DNA from: Phaeosaccion multiseriatum
Taxonomy: Eukaryota > Protista > Ochrophyta, other classes
Length of the DNA: 64,000 nucleotides
NCBI GenBank assembly: GCA_965112735.1
Contig: OZ218952.1
Coordinates: 1,240,001-1,304,000 of the forward strand
Reading direction: 5' to 3'
A program made the translations under genes and the position numbers. The notes under the pieces were generated by a model. The model did no database searches. It worked only from the letters and a program-made list of their open reading frames with translations, and was not told the origin of the DNA. Shown here one piece after another: positions 12,137 through 24,109 of the stretch; within the stretch, counting starts at the first letter, position 1, and each line of letters opens with the position of its first letter.

Positions 12137-12505
12137 TGGGGTGGGGTGGAGACAGAGTAGAGGCGTATGGGGGTGGGGTGGAGACAGAGTAGAGGCATAT
12201 GGGGGTGGGGTGGAGACAGAGCAGAGGCAGGCATATGGGGGTGGGGTGGAGACAAGAGTAGAGGCATATGGGGGTGGGGTGGAGACAGAGCAGAGGCGTA
12301 TGGGGGTGGGGTGGAGACAGAGTAGAGGCAGGCATATGGGGGTGGGGTGGAGACAAGAGTAGAGGCATATGGGGGTGGGGTGGAGACAAGAGTAGAGGCA
12401 TATGGGGGTGGGGTGGAGACAGAGTAGAGGCAGGCATATGGGGGTGGGATGGAGACGCAGTAGAGGGAGGCATATGGGGGTGGGGTGGAGAAACAGAGTA
12501 GAGGC
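12137..12505 (+). repeat. ~30-35-bp G-rich minisatellite (GGGGTGGGGTGGAGACAGAGTAGAGGCATAT)
   Basis: About 11 tandem units read directly. A degenerate inverted copy lies at ~7180-7380. Confidence 0.9.
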
Positions 12506-12635
12506 CTGTGTCCTCTAGGCGGGACACAAAGTAGAGGCATGTGGGGATGGCTTGGAGATGCAGTAGAGGGGTTGGCGGGGACACCTTCTGGTTGAGCGAG
12601 ACTGACAAAGACCGACCCCCCCACACTTGGCACAG

Positions 12636-15600
12636 AGAGGCAGGAACAGGGCTGCGCGAGAACTAAATGTCCGTTCAAAGCCCAAGGTAAGCAGCAAAGC
12701 AAGTCGCCGCCTCGTCGCCTCCTTGTCCCTCATGCCTCTCTCACTATCGTCCCAGGGCTCTCATGGGGGCGTGAGCGATGCCGATATCCGGGAGGCGCTG
12801 CCTGTTGCCGCCGACAGGGACGCCCTGCAGCATTTGGTCAACGTCCTGGTGGAGGAGGACGACGATAACGTCGGGCTGCCCCGTAAGCAGTACCACGCCA
12901 AGCAGTTGATGGAGAAGGTGGGTAGCCAGTAGTTTGCCTTTCCCTTTGCCCTGTGCCCTGTGCCCTTTGCCCTGAAAAGTCTCTTGGCTGGCTGCCCCTC
13001 AGGCTCGTACACGATTGCCCAACCGTCTGCTGAGGGGGCCAATCTTTACGCAGGGAACGAAGGACAGCATGCCTGCGCCGCTCCACGTGAGTGAGGAGGC
13101 CCTCCTGGCTGCCAAGCGCCCCACGCTTCAGCATGTGCCCCACCAACAGGTTGGTGTGCAGCTAGTTTTTCGTTCCTTGTCTTTGAGCGACCCCAACGCA
13201 AGTGGCTGACGACTCTCGCTCACCCGCAGATTGAGTGCCCCAAGTGCCGCATCAAGCTCATGGCGGGGGCGGAGGACGAGGGGGTCCTGCTCCGGAGCTT
13301 GCAAGCCCTGTGGCACCGGCATACGCATGGGCACCGCTTTGGCGACGTCGTCTTCTCGCATTGCACCCTCGGGGACCCCCAGCTCACCGCCAATCTCGAG
13401 TATGTCAGAACAGCACCCGAGGCGCCGGTGGAGCTCGAAGGCAAGCTACCCCGTCCGTCGCTCGAGTGGAACCGCGAGTGGCGCAGCGCGGCGCACAGAA
13501 TTTGGTCCGAGGCCCGAGCGAGAGACTTGAACGGGGCAAGGGGGGGCGGCGGTGTCATCCCCTTGTATGGCAGTGTCATTGTCAACTCGGGCACGACGCT
13601 CAAGCAGCGGGTGCACAACACTGCCCTTCTCGATGTCAGCGTAGCCGACGCGCTGCCCGGAGGAGAGGAGGAGAACGCCAAGGAGGCCGAGTTTTTCAGC
13701 ATTCTGTTTGCCACTGGAATGGACACGCTCCGGGAGCAGCAGAAGGAAGCACAATCGGCAGGCGGGACCCAAGGGGGCGTCCGGACATGCGGGGTGGTCC
13801 GGGGGATGACATGTGGTCCGGAGCGCCATCTTGAGAGCACAAGACCCGCCATCTTTGAGCTACCTTCGACGTCCTTCCTGACGCGCTTCGACTTCCAGAC
13901 AGACATGGTCGCGAGGGGCATGAACGCCTTTGGCCTCTTGTGCACGGCCCAGAACTGGAACGACAAGGGCTTTCTCATGAACCTGAAGGTCCCCAAGATC
14001 TTGTACCCCAGAGAGCTGTTCGTCTTTCTCAGCAACAAGACGCGGTATACATTCTGGAAAGTCAAGGAGGGCAACAAGAAGAGGGGCCGGGACGCCAACA
14101 GCAACGACTGCGGCGAAGACGATGACGTAGACGTGGATGTGATGCTCCCGGGGGAGGAGGACGGGGTGCTTGACGAGAGAAACATGATCCCCGACGACGA
14201 CCTGCGGCTGGAGGAGCAAGACGAGGGGGGTAGCAGGGATCGCGACCTGCAGCTGGACCTCGACGACGATCGCGACCTGCAGCTGGAGGAGCAAGACGAG
14301 GGGGGTAGCAGGGATCGCGACCTGCAGCTGGACCTCGACGACGATCGCGACCTGCAGCTGGAGGAGCAAGACGAGGGGGGTAGCAGGGATCGCGACCTGC
14401 AGCTGGACCTCGACGACGATCGCGACCTGCAGCTGGAGGAGCAAGACGAGGGGGGTAGCAGGAGTAGGACGCAGCCGCGAGATCCCGTGCCCCAGAACGG
14501 AGAAGACCAGACCACTGGTCGCGGCCTTATCAAGTACCTTCGCGACGTCGGCATGTCAGAAGAGGCGTGCGCCACATTCGCACTGGCCATGTCGCGCCAG
14601 GGCATCAACGTGTACCAACACAACGGCCCCAGCGAGCCCGGGGATGCCTTCCCCTTCAGAGCCAAGCTGTACTCGGTAAGCAATGGACTGCCTGTCACCT
14701 CAGCCACTGTAGACTGAGCGACCGAAAACCTACCAAGCTGCCTTCCTCACCCCGTTATCATTGACTTTGCATGTCTTGAGCCTTTTTTCGGGGTCCTGAC
14801 ACGCTGCCTCTCCATACTACTGGCTGCTATCGTACCACCACCATCAGGAGGGCGTCAACTTTTTTCAAAAGTGGCTGCGGCGAGCGAACATCTCCGCCGA
14901 CGAGAAGCTCCTCATGCTCGACCTGTGGAAGCGCGCTCCCTGCAGGGCGCACGACGGCACCTTCACGTGGGTTCATCTCATGAGCTTCCAGAAGGGCAGG
15001 TACACCATCTGCGCCCTCATGGGGTGGGCCTGCACCGACGGCTGCAATGGCCCCCGCGTCTGCTGCCTTGCCTTGGTGGCTGGGCTCTCGGAGTACCGGA
15101 TGTTCCAGGACTTCCGCGACGAGCTCAAGTGCGTCGGGAAGATTCGGTACTGGGAGGCCGCCTTCAAGAAGGACAACACCAGGCGCCAGTGCCTGAGTGT
15201 CCACTTCAAGGATCCACAGGTAGCTACAACCTCACCATCTTGCGTGCTTCGCTCCTCGGACTCGCTGACTGACGTGCGTCATCCACTGCCGTCGTTCGCT
15301 TCGCTCTCTTGCTTGTTTCCGACCACCAGACGTTCTACTGCATCTGCTGCCTCTTCGGCAATGATTGCAGCAGCTCAAGGACCAGCTTTGACTGTGTGAA
15401 GCGTCTCTTGGCGCTTCGCACCATGGCTGGAAACCCAGAGGGCGACCTCTTCGACAGCGAGTCCTTCGCCCTGGCCTTCCTCGTCACCTTCGCCGCCCAA
15501 GTCTATGGGGACGGGTCCATCGGGAAGGGCGAGGGCGACGGCACAAGTCCAGCCTCCTTCCTCATCTGTCTTACCGCCTCCGACTATGGAAGTCTCACCT

Positions 15601-15968
15601 TCGCCCAGAGGCTTCTGCCTCTGGCCATCCGGAAACTCACTGGCGACGAGCTGGAGTTCAGCGGTGGCATCGACGGAAACCTCAAGTACCACGAGGAGAC
15701 CAAGGCCTTGATCGGCGTCGTCTACAGCCTGCGTTGGAGCGGCAAGCGAGACTGGCTGGTGATCAACTACGCCTTGAATAAGGCGTGGGAAGACGCGGGG
15801 GTGATGTTCCGCCAGCTCGAGAGGAAGCGGCGCGACGTGAGGCGTGAGGACATTGACGCGATACCGTTCACAGCAAGGCGCGCCAGCACAACCTTCGGGA
15901 GCGACTTTGCTCCGTACGTTGGGGTCGTGCCCCCAGCAGCCGCAGCAGCAGCAGGGGCAGACGTGTAG
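12636..15968 (+). CDS. Spliced protein with N-terminal CxxC..H..H motif and C-terminal double-motif LAGLIDADG-like domain; exons 12636-12686, 12756-12917, 13003-13149, 13230-14675, 14848-15219, 15330-15968 (start codon not identified)
   Basis: Five GT-AG introns, all phase 0, give 2817 nt with no internal stop. Motifs LMGWACTDG and FAAQVYGDG(SI) are followed by 'VYSLRWSGKRD'. Confidence 0.6.
14199..14461 (+). repeat. In-frame 75-bp tandem repeat, ~3.5 copies (DLQLEEQDEGGSRDRDLQLDLDDDR)
   Basis: Near-identical units at 75-bp spacing (e.g. acgagggggg at 14221 and 14296). Confidence 0.95.
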
Positions 15969-17019
15969 TGCGGCCATTGGTGATACGGCGTCATCATCCG
16001 TCAGTGGCTGTCCCATCCACTGAGCAAGCATGGGTACAAAGGAGAAGGAGAAGGAGAGAAGAGGGCTGGGGTTGGGGTTGGCAACAAGAAGAAGTGGGAG
16101 AAGCAAGAAGGGGGGGTGCAGGAGGGGAAGGTGAAATAGGGCGCACGGGCGGGAGGAGCAAAGTAGGAGGGAATCACACATGGCGAGTCCGGGATGTGGA
16201 GGGGTTTGTGGACCCGGCAATAGTGGGAGTGGGAGCAATGTAGAGGAGGAGGAGGACGGGATGTGGTGTTTGGCGTCAGCAACGGTGTCAGGAATCGTAG
16301 GTGTGGGAGGGGGTATGGTGGAGCCGCCTTTGCACTTGAGGAAGTAACCGTCGTCGCATCCATCGTATTGTACAGAAAGCAGAGTCTCGTGGACAAGAAT
16401 TTTGGTTGTTGATACTGTAAAGAGTCGTGTTGCTCTCCACATAGGATAGGAGTAGACGCATGGACGAGGTAATAGCAACCCCAAAGCCAGCCGCAGCCAG
16501 CCTTGTATCTATTGGCATTATCCCTGAGCCATCCTAAACGACCGACCTGCTGGGAGATGAGTGAGAAACGGGCCACGCCACCCGTTCTCACCGTATCTGC
16601 GTGGGCCTGGGCCATTGACATAGTACTGACTTTCAACATCCTTCAGCCTTCCTCCCCCTTCCAACATCCCCTGAACTAAACTATTGCGTGTCCCCACGCA
16701 ACGCAACGTAGGCGGTTTCGCCTACTAAAGCTCTACACACAGTGCTGCCGTATGCTGCTGCCAAAAACCAAGGACGAGAAAGTCCCACGACTCAAACTCA
16801 CCCACGTGCGTGCGCGCGCGATTGAGGGAGTGGGTGAATGAAGGAGAGGTGACAAGGGGAGGGAGCTCCCGCTCTCACTCCCTCGCTTGCATACTCACTC
16901 ACTCACGACCGTATTCACTCACTCGCTCCGTCACTCTCATCAACTCGCTACTTCACCCACACACACTCCCTCACTCCATCCCTCTCTCCCTTTGCATCAG
17001 TCTCCCTCGACCTGTCTCT

Positions 17020-18425
17020 CCCTCCCGCAAAATGGCATATCTAGCTATGGCCCGCCTTTGGCTCTGACGGATTGGTAGGGAGACAATGTTTTACCAGTAG
17101 TGCCATCGCAGTTTTTAGGGAGAGGCCATCGTCGTGCCTGACTGACAGTCTCATTGCCCTATCTACTGACTGCCTCACTGACTGACTTGTAGGTGATTGC
17201 GAGTTCACAGACATGGACCTGGGCGGTCTTGGAGCGGGCCCCGGCCGGGCGGACACGGCCCATGACCCCAAGCAATGTTCTCTCTGAGCTCGCAGCTGCT
17301 CAGCCTCTATCAGGTCAGTCAGTCAGGTAGTCCGTCGGTCAGTCGGTCAGTCCGTCGGTCAGTCCGTCAGTGAGGCAGTTGAGCAAGTGGCTCAGTCAGT
17401 CGGTCAGTCAGTCGGTCAGTCGGTCAGTCAGTCAGGCAGTCAGTCAGTCTGCCAGGCACCCCCGCCAGGCAGTCGGTCAGGCAGTCGGCCCGTGACTGAG
17501 TCAGACCCCCAATCGAACTCTATGAGTCTCTGTCTCCTCCGTCTGCCACCATCCTCTCTATACTACTAGTCCGACCAAGGTTTTGGAGTGCGAGTGGACG
17601 ACGAGTCAGACTGTGGGCGGAGGAGGCGGCCTCCCCAGTAGCATGGGTCAAGAACGGCAGCGCGCAGGTGGGGCCGCAGGACTTTAGCTGGAGACAAACC
17701 CAGCAAGGAGCGAGGGGGAGGAGGAGGCTATGGGCAGTACCGCGGCGTACCTTTCCCAGAGCCAGGACACCTCCTTGCTCATGCGTAACATTGGCGGAGA
17801 CAGCGGTGCCGGCGGTGGTGGAGGCGTGACGGGGCGGCGCTACACAGCAGTCGCATCGAGGGGGGTGGTACGGGCGAAGCAAGGCGCCACGGCAAAGGAC
17901 GGAAGACCGCCGAAGGACGCCATGTTCAGGTACGTTCGGGTTTGTGAGGTTTTACAAATGTAGAGGTGGTTTGGGTGGACCTGTGACCTGTTTCGATGGC
18001 TGGTTCAAACACTTGTTTGGATGGAGGCGGGGGGAGGGGAGGTTGTCGCACGCACCGGTCGTAGAATAGTGCAGAGTACGCTGTTCTAGTACAAGCAGTT
18101 TGCGTAAAGTGGCACTCAAGTGAAATTTCGCCCCTCCTCCCTCCCCCTCCTTTTGTCCGGCACACGCAGGCGGTGCGTATCGGCAGGGGGAGCTCCCGGA
18201 CATTGAGATTCCTGTCAGGGACATACTAAAGCCCCTGCAGCACCTCGCCATGCTCCATGGAGGAGTGGCAAAGGAGCTCTTCGTGCAGTACTTCAGCCGT
18301 CTATACGTCGGGGGAGGAGGAGGAGGAAGCGCGCTTCCAGGTGTGGGGACGGGGCGTGGGCAGCACCAGCAGGATCACCAGTTGGTGGTAGCTACAGCAG
18401 CAGCAGTTGGTGATACACCAGCATG
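17020..18425 (+). pseudogene. PRKDC: Internal fragment of DNA-PKcs with introns and frameshifts
   Basis: 18175-18306 encodes AYRQGELPDIEIPVRDILKPLQHLAMLHGGVAKELFVQYFSRL, matching the DNA-PKcs 'YRxGDLPDIQI...PLQ...AKxLF' block. Upstream pieces read DCEF..., PMTP..MF and S/T-Q-rich sequence. No flanking exons of this very large gene are in the window. Confidence 0.72.
17312..17490 (+). repeat. (CAGT/CGGT)n intronic microsatellite
   Basis: Direct reading. Confidence 0.85.
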
Positions 18426-18441
18426 AGAGACAAGAGTGTCA

Positions 18442-18736
18442 TCGGCTCCCCGCGGGGCTTCTCGGGCCCCCCGATAAGCAGAAGCCCGAGGTGGCCTGCG
18501 GCCGGCCGAAAGCAAGAAGCCCTGCAGGAAAGTAGCGAGAAGCCCAAGTCTCCCATCGTTTTTCCGCGCTTCGCGCGGAAAGTGATACACGTGGTCGAAA
18601 TTGATACACTCTTTATTTCATCGGCTCCAGACTGGCCTAGAAGCCTAGGCCTAGAGACGAAATTCGGCCGGCCTAGGGGGGGCGCAGGCCCCCGGCCTAG
18701 GCCTTTTGTTGGCGCAGCCCCCCCGGCCTAGGCCTA
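18442..18736 (+). mobile_element. Truncated relative of the TCGGCTCC-terminus MITE
   Basis: 18442-18565 aligns with 23855-24000. A second TCGGCTCCAG lies at 18621, followed by repeated GGCCTAGGCC palindromes. Confidence 0.6.
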
Positions 18737-21700
18737 TCGACCCTGGCCAAGATTACGGTGTGCGTCCCGGCCGTAATCAGTAAACAGCTCTCCCTCTCTC
18801 CCTCCCTCCCTGCCTGCCTCCCACCCTCCCTGCCTCCTTCCCTCCTCCCTCCCTCCCTTCCTCCCTCCCTCCCTCCCTCCCTCCCTGCCTCCCTCCCTGC
18901 CTCCCACCCTCCCTGCCTCCTTCCCCCCTCCCTCCCTACCTTCCTCCCTCCCTCCCTCCCTCCCTCCCTGCCTGCCTGCCTCCCTGCCTCCCTCCCTCCC
19001 TGCCTCCCTCCCTCCCTCCCTCCCTCCCTCCCTCCCTCCCTCCCTCCCTCCCTCCCTTCCTTCCTCCCTCCCTCCCTCCCTGCCTCCCTCCCAGCCTCCC
19101 TCCCTCCCTCCCTCCCTCCCTCCCTTTCTCCCTCCCTCCCTCCCTCCCTCCCTCCCTCCCTTCCTCCCTCCCTCCCTGCCGGCCTCCCTCCCTCCCTCCC
19201 TCCCTGCCTCCCTCCCTGCCTGCCTCCCTGCCTCCCACCCTCCCTCTCTCCCTCCCTCCCTGCATGCCTCCCTCCCTCCCTCCCTCCCTCCCTCCCTCCC
19301 TCCCTCCCTCCCTCCCTCCCTCCCTCCCTCCCTCCCTCCCTCCCTCCCTCCCTCCCTCCCTCCCTCCCTCCCTCCCTCCCTCCCTCCCTCCCTCCCTCCC
19401 TCCCTCCCTCCCTCCCTCCCTCCCTCCCTCCCTCCCTCCCTCCCTCCCTCCCTCCCTCCCTCCCTCCCACCCTCCCTCCCTCCCTCCCTCCCTCCCTCCC
19501 TCCCTCCCTCCCTCCCTCCCTCCCTCCCTGCCTGCCTCCCACCCTCCCTGCCTCCCTGCCTCCCTTCGACCCTGGACAAGATTACGGTAAGCGTCCCGGT
19601 CGTAATCAGTAATCAGCCCTCCCCCTCTCCCTCCCTCCCTCCATCCCTCCCTCCCTCCCTCCCTCCCTCCCTCCCTCCCTCCCTCCCTCCCTCCCTCCCT
19701 CCCTCCCTCCCTCCCTCCCTCCCTCCCTGCCTGCCTCCCTGCCTCCCACCCTCCCTGCCTCCGTGCCTCCCTCCCTCCCTCCCTCCCTCCCTCCCTCCCT
19801 CCCTCCCTCCCTCCCTGCCTCACTGCCTGCCTTCCTCCCCCTCTCCCTCCCTCCCTCCATCCCTCCCTCCCTCCCTCCCTCCCTCCCTCCCTCCCTCCCT
19901 CCCTCCCTCCCTCCCTCCCTCCCTCCCTCCCTCCCTCCCTCCCTCCCTCCCTCCCTCCCTCCCTCCCTGCCTGCCTCCCTGCCTCCCACCCTCCCTGCCT
20001 CCGTGCCTCCCTCCCTCCCTCCCTCCCTCCTCCCTCCCTCCCTCCCTCCCTGCCTCACTGCCTGCCTCCCTCTCTCCCTCCCTCCCCCCATCCCTCCCTC
20101 CCTCCCTCCCTGCCTACCTCCCTGCCTCCCACCCTCCCTGCCTCCGTGCCTCCCTCCCTCCATCCCTCCTCCCTCCCTCCCTCTCTGCCTCCCTGCCTGC
20201 CTCCCTGCCTCCCTACCTGCCTGCCTGCCTCCCACCCTCCCTGCCTCCCTGCCTCCCACCCTCCCTGCCTCCCTGCCTCCCTCCCTCCCTCCCTCCCTCC
20301 CTCCCAGCCTCCCTCCCCGCCTCCCTCCCTCCCTCCCTCCCTCTCTCCCTCCCTCTCTCCCTCCCTCCCTCCCTCCCTCTCTCCCTCCCTCCCTCCCTCC
20401 CTCCCTCCCTCCCTCACTCACTCACTCACTCCTTCCCTCCCTCCCTCCCTTCCTCCCTCCCTCCCTCCCTCCCTCCCTCCCTGCCTGCCTGCCTGCCTCC
20501 CTGCCCTCCACCCTCCCTGCCTCCCTGCCTCCCTGCCTCCCTCCCTCCCTCCCTCCCTCCCTCCCTCCCTCCCTCCCTCCCTCCCTCCCTCCCTCCCTCC
20601 CTCCCTCCCTCCCTCCCTCCCTCCCTCCCTCCCTCCCTGCCTCCCTGCCTGCTGCCTCCCTGACTCCGTGCCTCCCTGCCTCCCTCTCTCCCTCCCTCCC
20701 TCCCTCCCTCCATCCCTCTCTCCCTCCCTCCCTCCCTCCCTCCCTCCCTCCCTCCCTCCCTCCCTCCCTCCCTCCCTCCCTCCCTCCCTCCCTCCCTCCC
20801 TCCCTCCCTCCCTGCCTGCCTCCCACCCTCCCTGCCTCCTTCCCTCCTCCCTCCCTCCCTTCCTCCCTCCCTCCCTCCCTCTCTCCCTCCCTCCCTCCCT
20901 CCCTCCCTCCCTCCCTCCCTCCCTCCCTCCCTCCCTCCCTCCCTCCCTCCCTCCCTCCCTCCCTCCCTCCCTCCCTCCCTCCCTCCTCCCTCCCTCCCTC
21001 CCTCCCTCCCTCCTTCCCTCCCTCCCTGCCTCCCTCCCTGCCTGCCTCCCTGCCTCCCACCCTCCCTCTCTCCCTCCCTCCCTGCATGCCTCCCTCCCTC
21101 CCTCCCTCCCTCCCTCCCTCCCTCCCTCCCTCCCTCCCTCCCTCCCACCCACCCTCCCTCTCTCCCGCCATCCCTCCCTCCCTCCCTCCCTCCCTCCCTG
21201 CCTGCCTCCCACCCTCCCTGCCTCCCTGCCTCCCTTCGACCCTGGACAAGATTACGGTAAGCGTCCCGGCCGTAATCAGTAATCAGCCCTCCCCGTCTCC
21301 CTCCCTCCCTCCATCCCTCCCTCCCTCCCTCCCTCCCTCCCTCCCTCCCTCCCTCCCTCCCTCCCTCCCTCCCTCCCTCCCTGCCTGCCTCCCTGCCTCC
21401 CACCCTCCCTGCCTCCGTGCCTCCCTCCCTCCCTCCCTCCCTCCTCCCTCCCTCCCTCCCTCTCTGCCTCACTGCCTGCCTCCCTCTCTCCCTCCCTCCC
21501 CCCATCCCTCCCTCCCTCCCTCCCTGCCTACCTCCCTGCCTCCCACCCTCCCTGCCTCCGTGCCTCCCTCCCTCCATCCCTCCTCCCTCCCTCCCTCTCT
21601 GCCTCCCTGCCTGCCTCCCTGCCTCCCTACCTGCCTGCCTGCCTCCCTGCCTCCCACCCTCCCTGCCTCCCTGCCTCCCACCCTCCCTGCCTCCCTGCCT

Positions 21701-23854
21701 CCCTCCCTCCCTCCCTCCCTCCCAGCCTCCCTCCCCGCCTCCCTCCCTCCCTCCCTCCCTCTCTCCCTCCCTCCCTCCCTCCCTCTCTCCCTCCCTCCCT
21801 CCCTCCCTCCCTCCCTCCCTCCCTCCCTCACTCACTCACTCACTCCTTCCCTCCCTCCCTCCCTTCCTTCCGTCCCTCCCTTCCTCCCTCCCTCCCTCCC
21901 TCCCTCCCTGCCTGCCTGCCTGCCTGCCTCCCTGCCCCCCACCCTCCCTGCCTCCCTGCCTCCCTGCCTCCCTCCCTCCCTCCCTCCCTCCCTCCCTCCC
22001 TCCCTCCCTCCCTCCCTCCCTCCCTCCCTCCCTCCCTCCCTCCCTCCCTCCCTCCCTCCCTCCCTCCCTCCCTCCCTCCCTCCCTGCCCCCTGCTGCCTC
22101 CCTGACTCCGTGCCTCCCTGCCTCCCTCTCTCCCTCCCTCCCTCCCTCCCTCCATCCCTCTCTCCCTCCCTCCCTCCCTCCCTCCCTCCTTCCCTCCCTC
22201 CCTCCCTGCCTCCCTGCCTGCTGCCTCCCTGACTCCGTGCCTCCCTGCCTCCCTCTCTCCCTCCCTCCCTCCCTCCCTCCATCCCTCTCTCCCTCCCTCC
22301 CTCCCTCCCTCCCTCCCTCCCTCCCTCCCTCCCTCCCTCCCTCCCTCCCTCACTTCTTCCCTCCCTCCCTCCCTCCCTTCCTCCCTCCCTCCCTCCCTCC
22401 TTCCCTGCCTGCCTCCCTCCCTCCTCCCTCCCTCCCTCCCTCCTTCCCTGCCTGCCTCCCTCCCTCCCTCCCTCCCTCCCTCCCTCCCTCCCTCCCTCCC
22501 TCCCTCCCTCCCTCCCTCCCTCCCTCCCTCCCTCCCTGCCTGCCTCCCACCCTCCCTGCCTCCTTCCCTCCTCCCTCCCTCCCTTCCTCCCTCCCTCCCT
22601 CCCTCCCTCCCTCCCTCCCTCCCTCCCTCCCTCTCTCCCTCCCTCCCTCCCTCCCTCCCTCCCTCCCTCCCTCCCTCCCTCCCTCCCTCCCTCCCTCCCC
22701 TCCCTCCCTCCCTCCCTCCCTCCCTCCCTCCCTCCCTCCCTCCCTCCCTCCCTCCCTCCCTCCCTCTCTCCCTCCCTCCCTCCCTCTCTCCCTCCCTCCC
22801 TCCCTCCCTCCCTCCCTGTCTTCCTCCCTCCCTTACTCCCTCCCTCCCTTACTCCTTCCCTCCCTCCCTCCCTTCCTTCCTTCCCTTCCTTCCTCCCTCC
22901 CTCCCTCCCTCCCTCCCTCCCTCCCTCCCCCCCTCCCTCCCTCCTTCCCTCCCTCCCTCCCTTCCTTCCTTCCCTCCCTTCCTCCCTCCCTCCCTCCCTC
23001 CCTCCCTCCCCCCCTCCCTCCCTCCCTCCCTCCCTCCCTCCCTCCCTGCCTGCCTCCCTGCCTCCCGCCCGCCCTCCCTCCCTGCCTGCCTGCCTCCCTC
23101 CCTCCCTCCCTGCCTCCCTGCCTGCCTCCCTGCCTCCCTCCCTCCCTGCCTCCCTGCCTCCCTCCCTCCCTGCCTCCCTCCCTCCCTCCTTCCCTGCCTC
23201 CCTCCCGACCTCCCTCCCTCCCTCCCTCCCTCCCTCCCTCCCTCCCTCCCTCCCTCCCTCCCTCCCTCCCTCCCTCCCTCCCTCCCTCCCTCCCTCCCTC
23301 CCTCCCTCCCTCCCTCCCTCCCTCCCTCCCTCCCTCCCTCCCTCCCTCCCTCCCTCCCTCCCTCCCTCCCTCCCTCCCTCCCTCCCTCCCTCCCTCCCTC
23401 CCTTCCTCTCTCCTTCCTCCCTCCCTCCCTGCCTTCCTGCCTCCCTCATTTGTTCCCTCCCTCCCTCACTTACTCCTTCCCTCCCTCCCTCCCTTCCTTC
23501 CCTCCCTCCCTTCCTCCCTCCCTCCTCCCTCCCTCCCTCCCGCCCTCCCTCCCTTCCTCCCTTCCTTCCTCCCTCCCTCCCTCCCTGCCTCCCTCCCTGC
23601 CTCCCTCCCTGCCTCCCTCCCTCCCTGCCTGCCTGCCTGCCTCCCTGCCTCCCAGCCACCCTCCCTGCCTCCCTGGCTGCCTCCCTCCCTCCCTGCCTGC
23701 CTTCCTGCCTCCCTCCCTCCCTCCCTCCCTCCCTCCCTCCCTCCCTCCCTGCCTCCCTCCCTCCCTCCCTCCCTCCCTGCCTGCCTGCCTGCCTCCCTGC
23801 CTCCCAGCCACCCTCCCTCCCTCCCTCCCTCCCTCCCTCCCTCCCTCCCTGCCT
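18737..23854 (+). repeat. ~5.1-kb (CCCT/CCTG)n polypyrimidine satellite with higher-order structure; resumes at 25965-26240
   Basis: Direct reading. Variant landmarks (cactcactcact, tgactccgtg, ctgcatgc) recur in order. Confidence 0.95.
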
Positions 23855-24109
23855 TCGGCTCCAGGCGAGGCTTATCGGGCCCCCGATAAAGCAGAAGCCT
23901 GCGGCGGCCTGCTGCCGAAAGTAAGAAGCCTGCGGCTGGCCTGCGGCCAGAAGCCTGCAGAAAGTAGCGAAAAGCCTGCCAAGTCCCCCATTTTTCTCCC
24001 AGCCTGCGAAGCCTGAAGCCTGACCACTGGCCTACGGCCAGAAGCCCGAAGCCTGGAGGGGGCTACGGCCCAGCCAGAAGCCTAGCTACTAAAGCCCGAG
24101 AAACCTCGG

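Larger units (their letters stand above)
11682..16821. mobile_element. Putative element bounded by long inverted repeats (left ~11682-12136, right ~16201-16821)
   Basis: Left and right blocks are reverse complements (e.g. ggtgagtttgagtcgtgggactttctc / gagaaagtcccacgactcaaactcacc; attgccgggtccacaaacccc / ggggtttgtggacccggcaat). The left copy has many small deletions. No TSD seen. Confidence 0.7.

Noticed and set aside
13220-14707. 495-aa minus-strand ORF
   Set aside because: It is the antisense shadow of the GC-rich plus-strand exon and its repeat.
11670-16835. Classification of the long-IR element as a MULE or Helitron
   Set aside because: No 9-11-bp TSD, no MULE DDE motifs, and no Rep/helicase or CTAG hairpin end was found.
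18697-23889. Long REGG/PPSL ORFs (up to 780 aa)
   Set aside because: They are translations of the stop-free CCCT/GGGA satellite.
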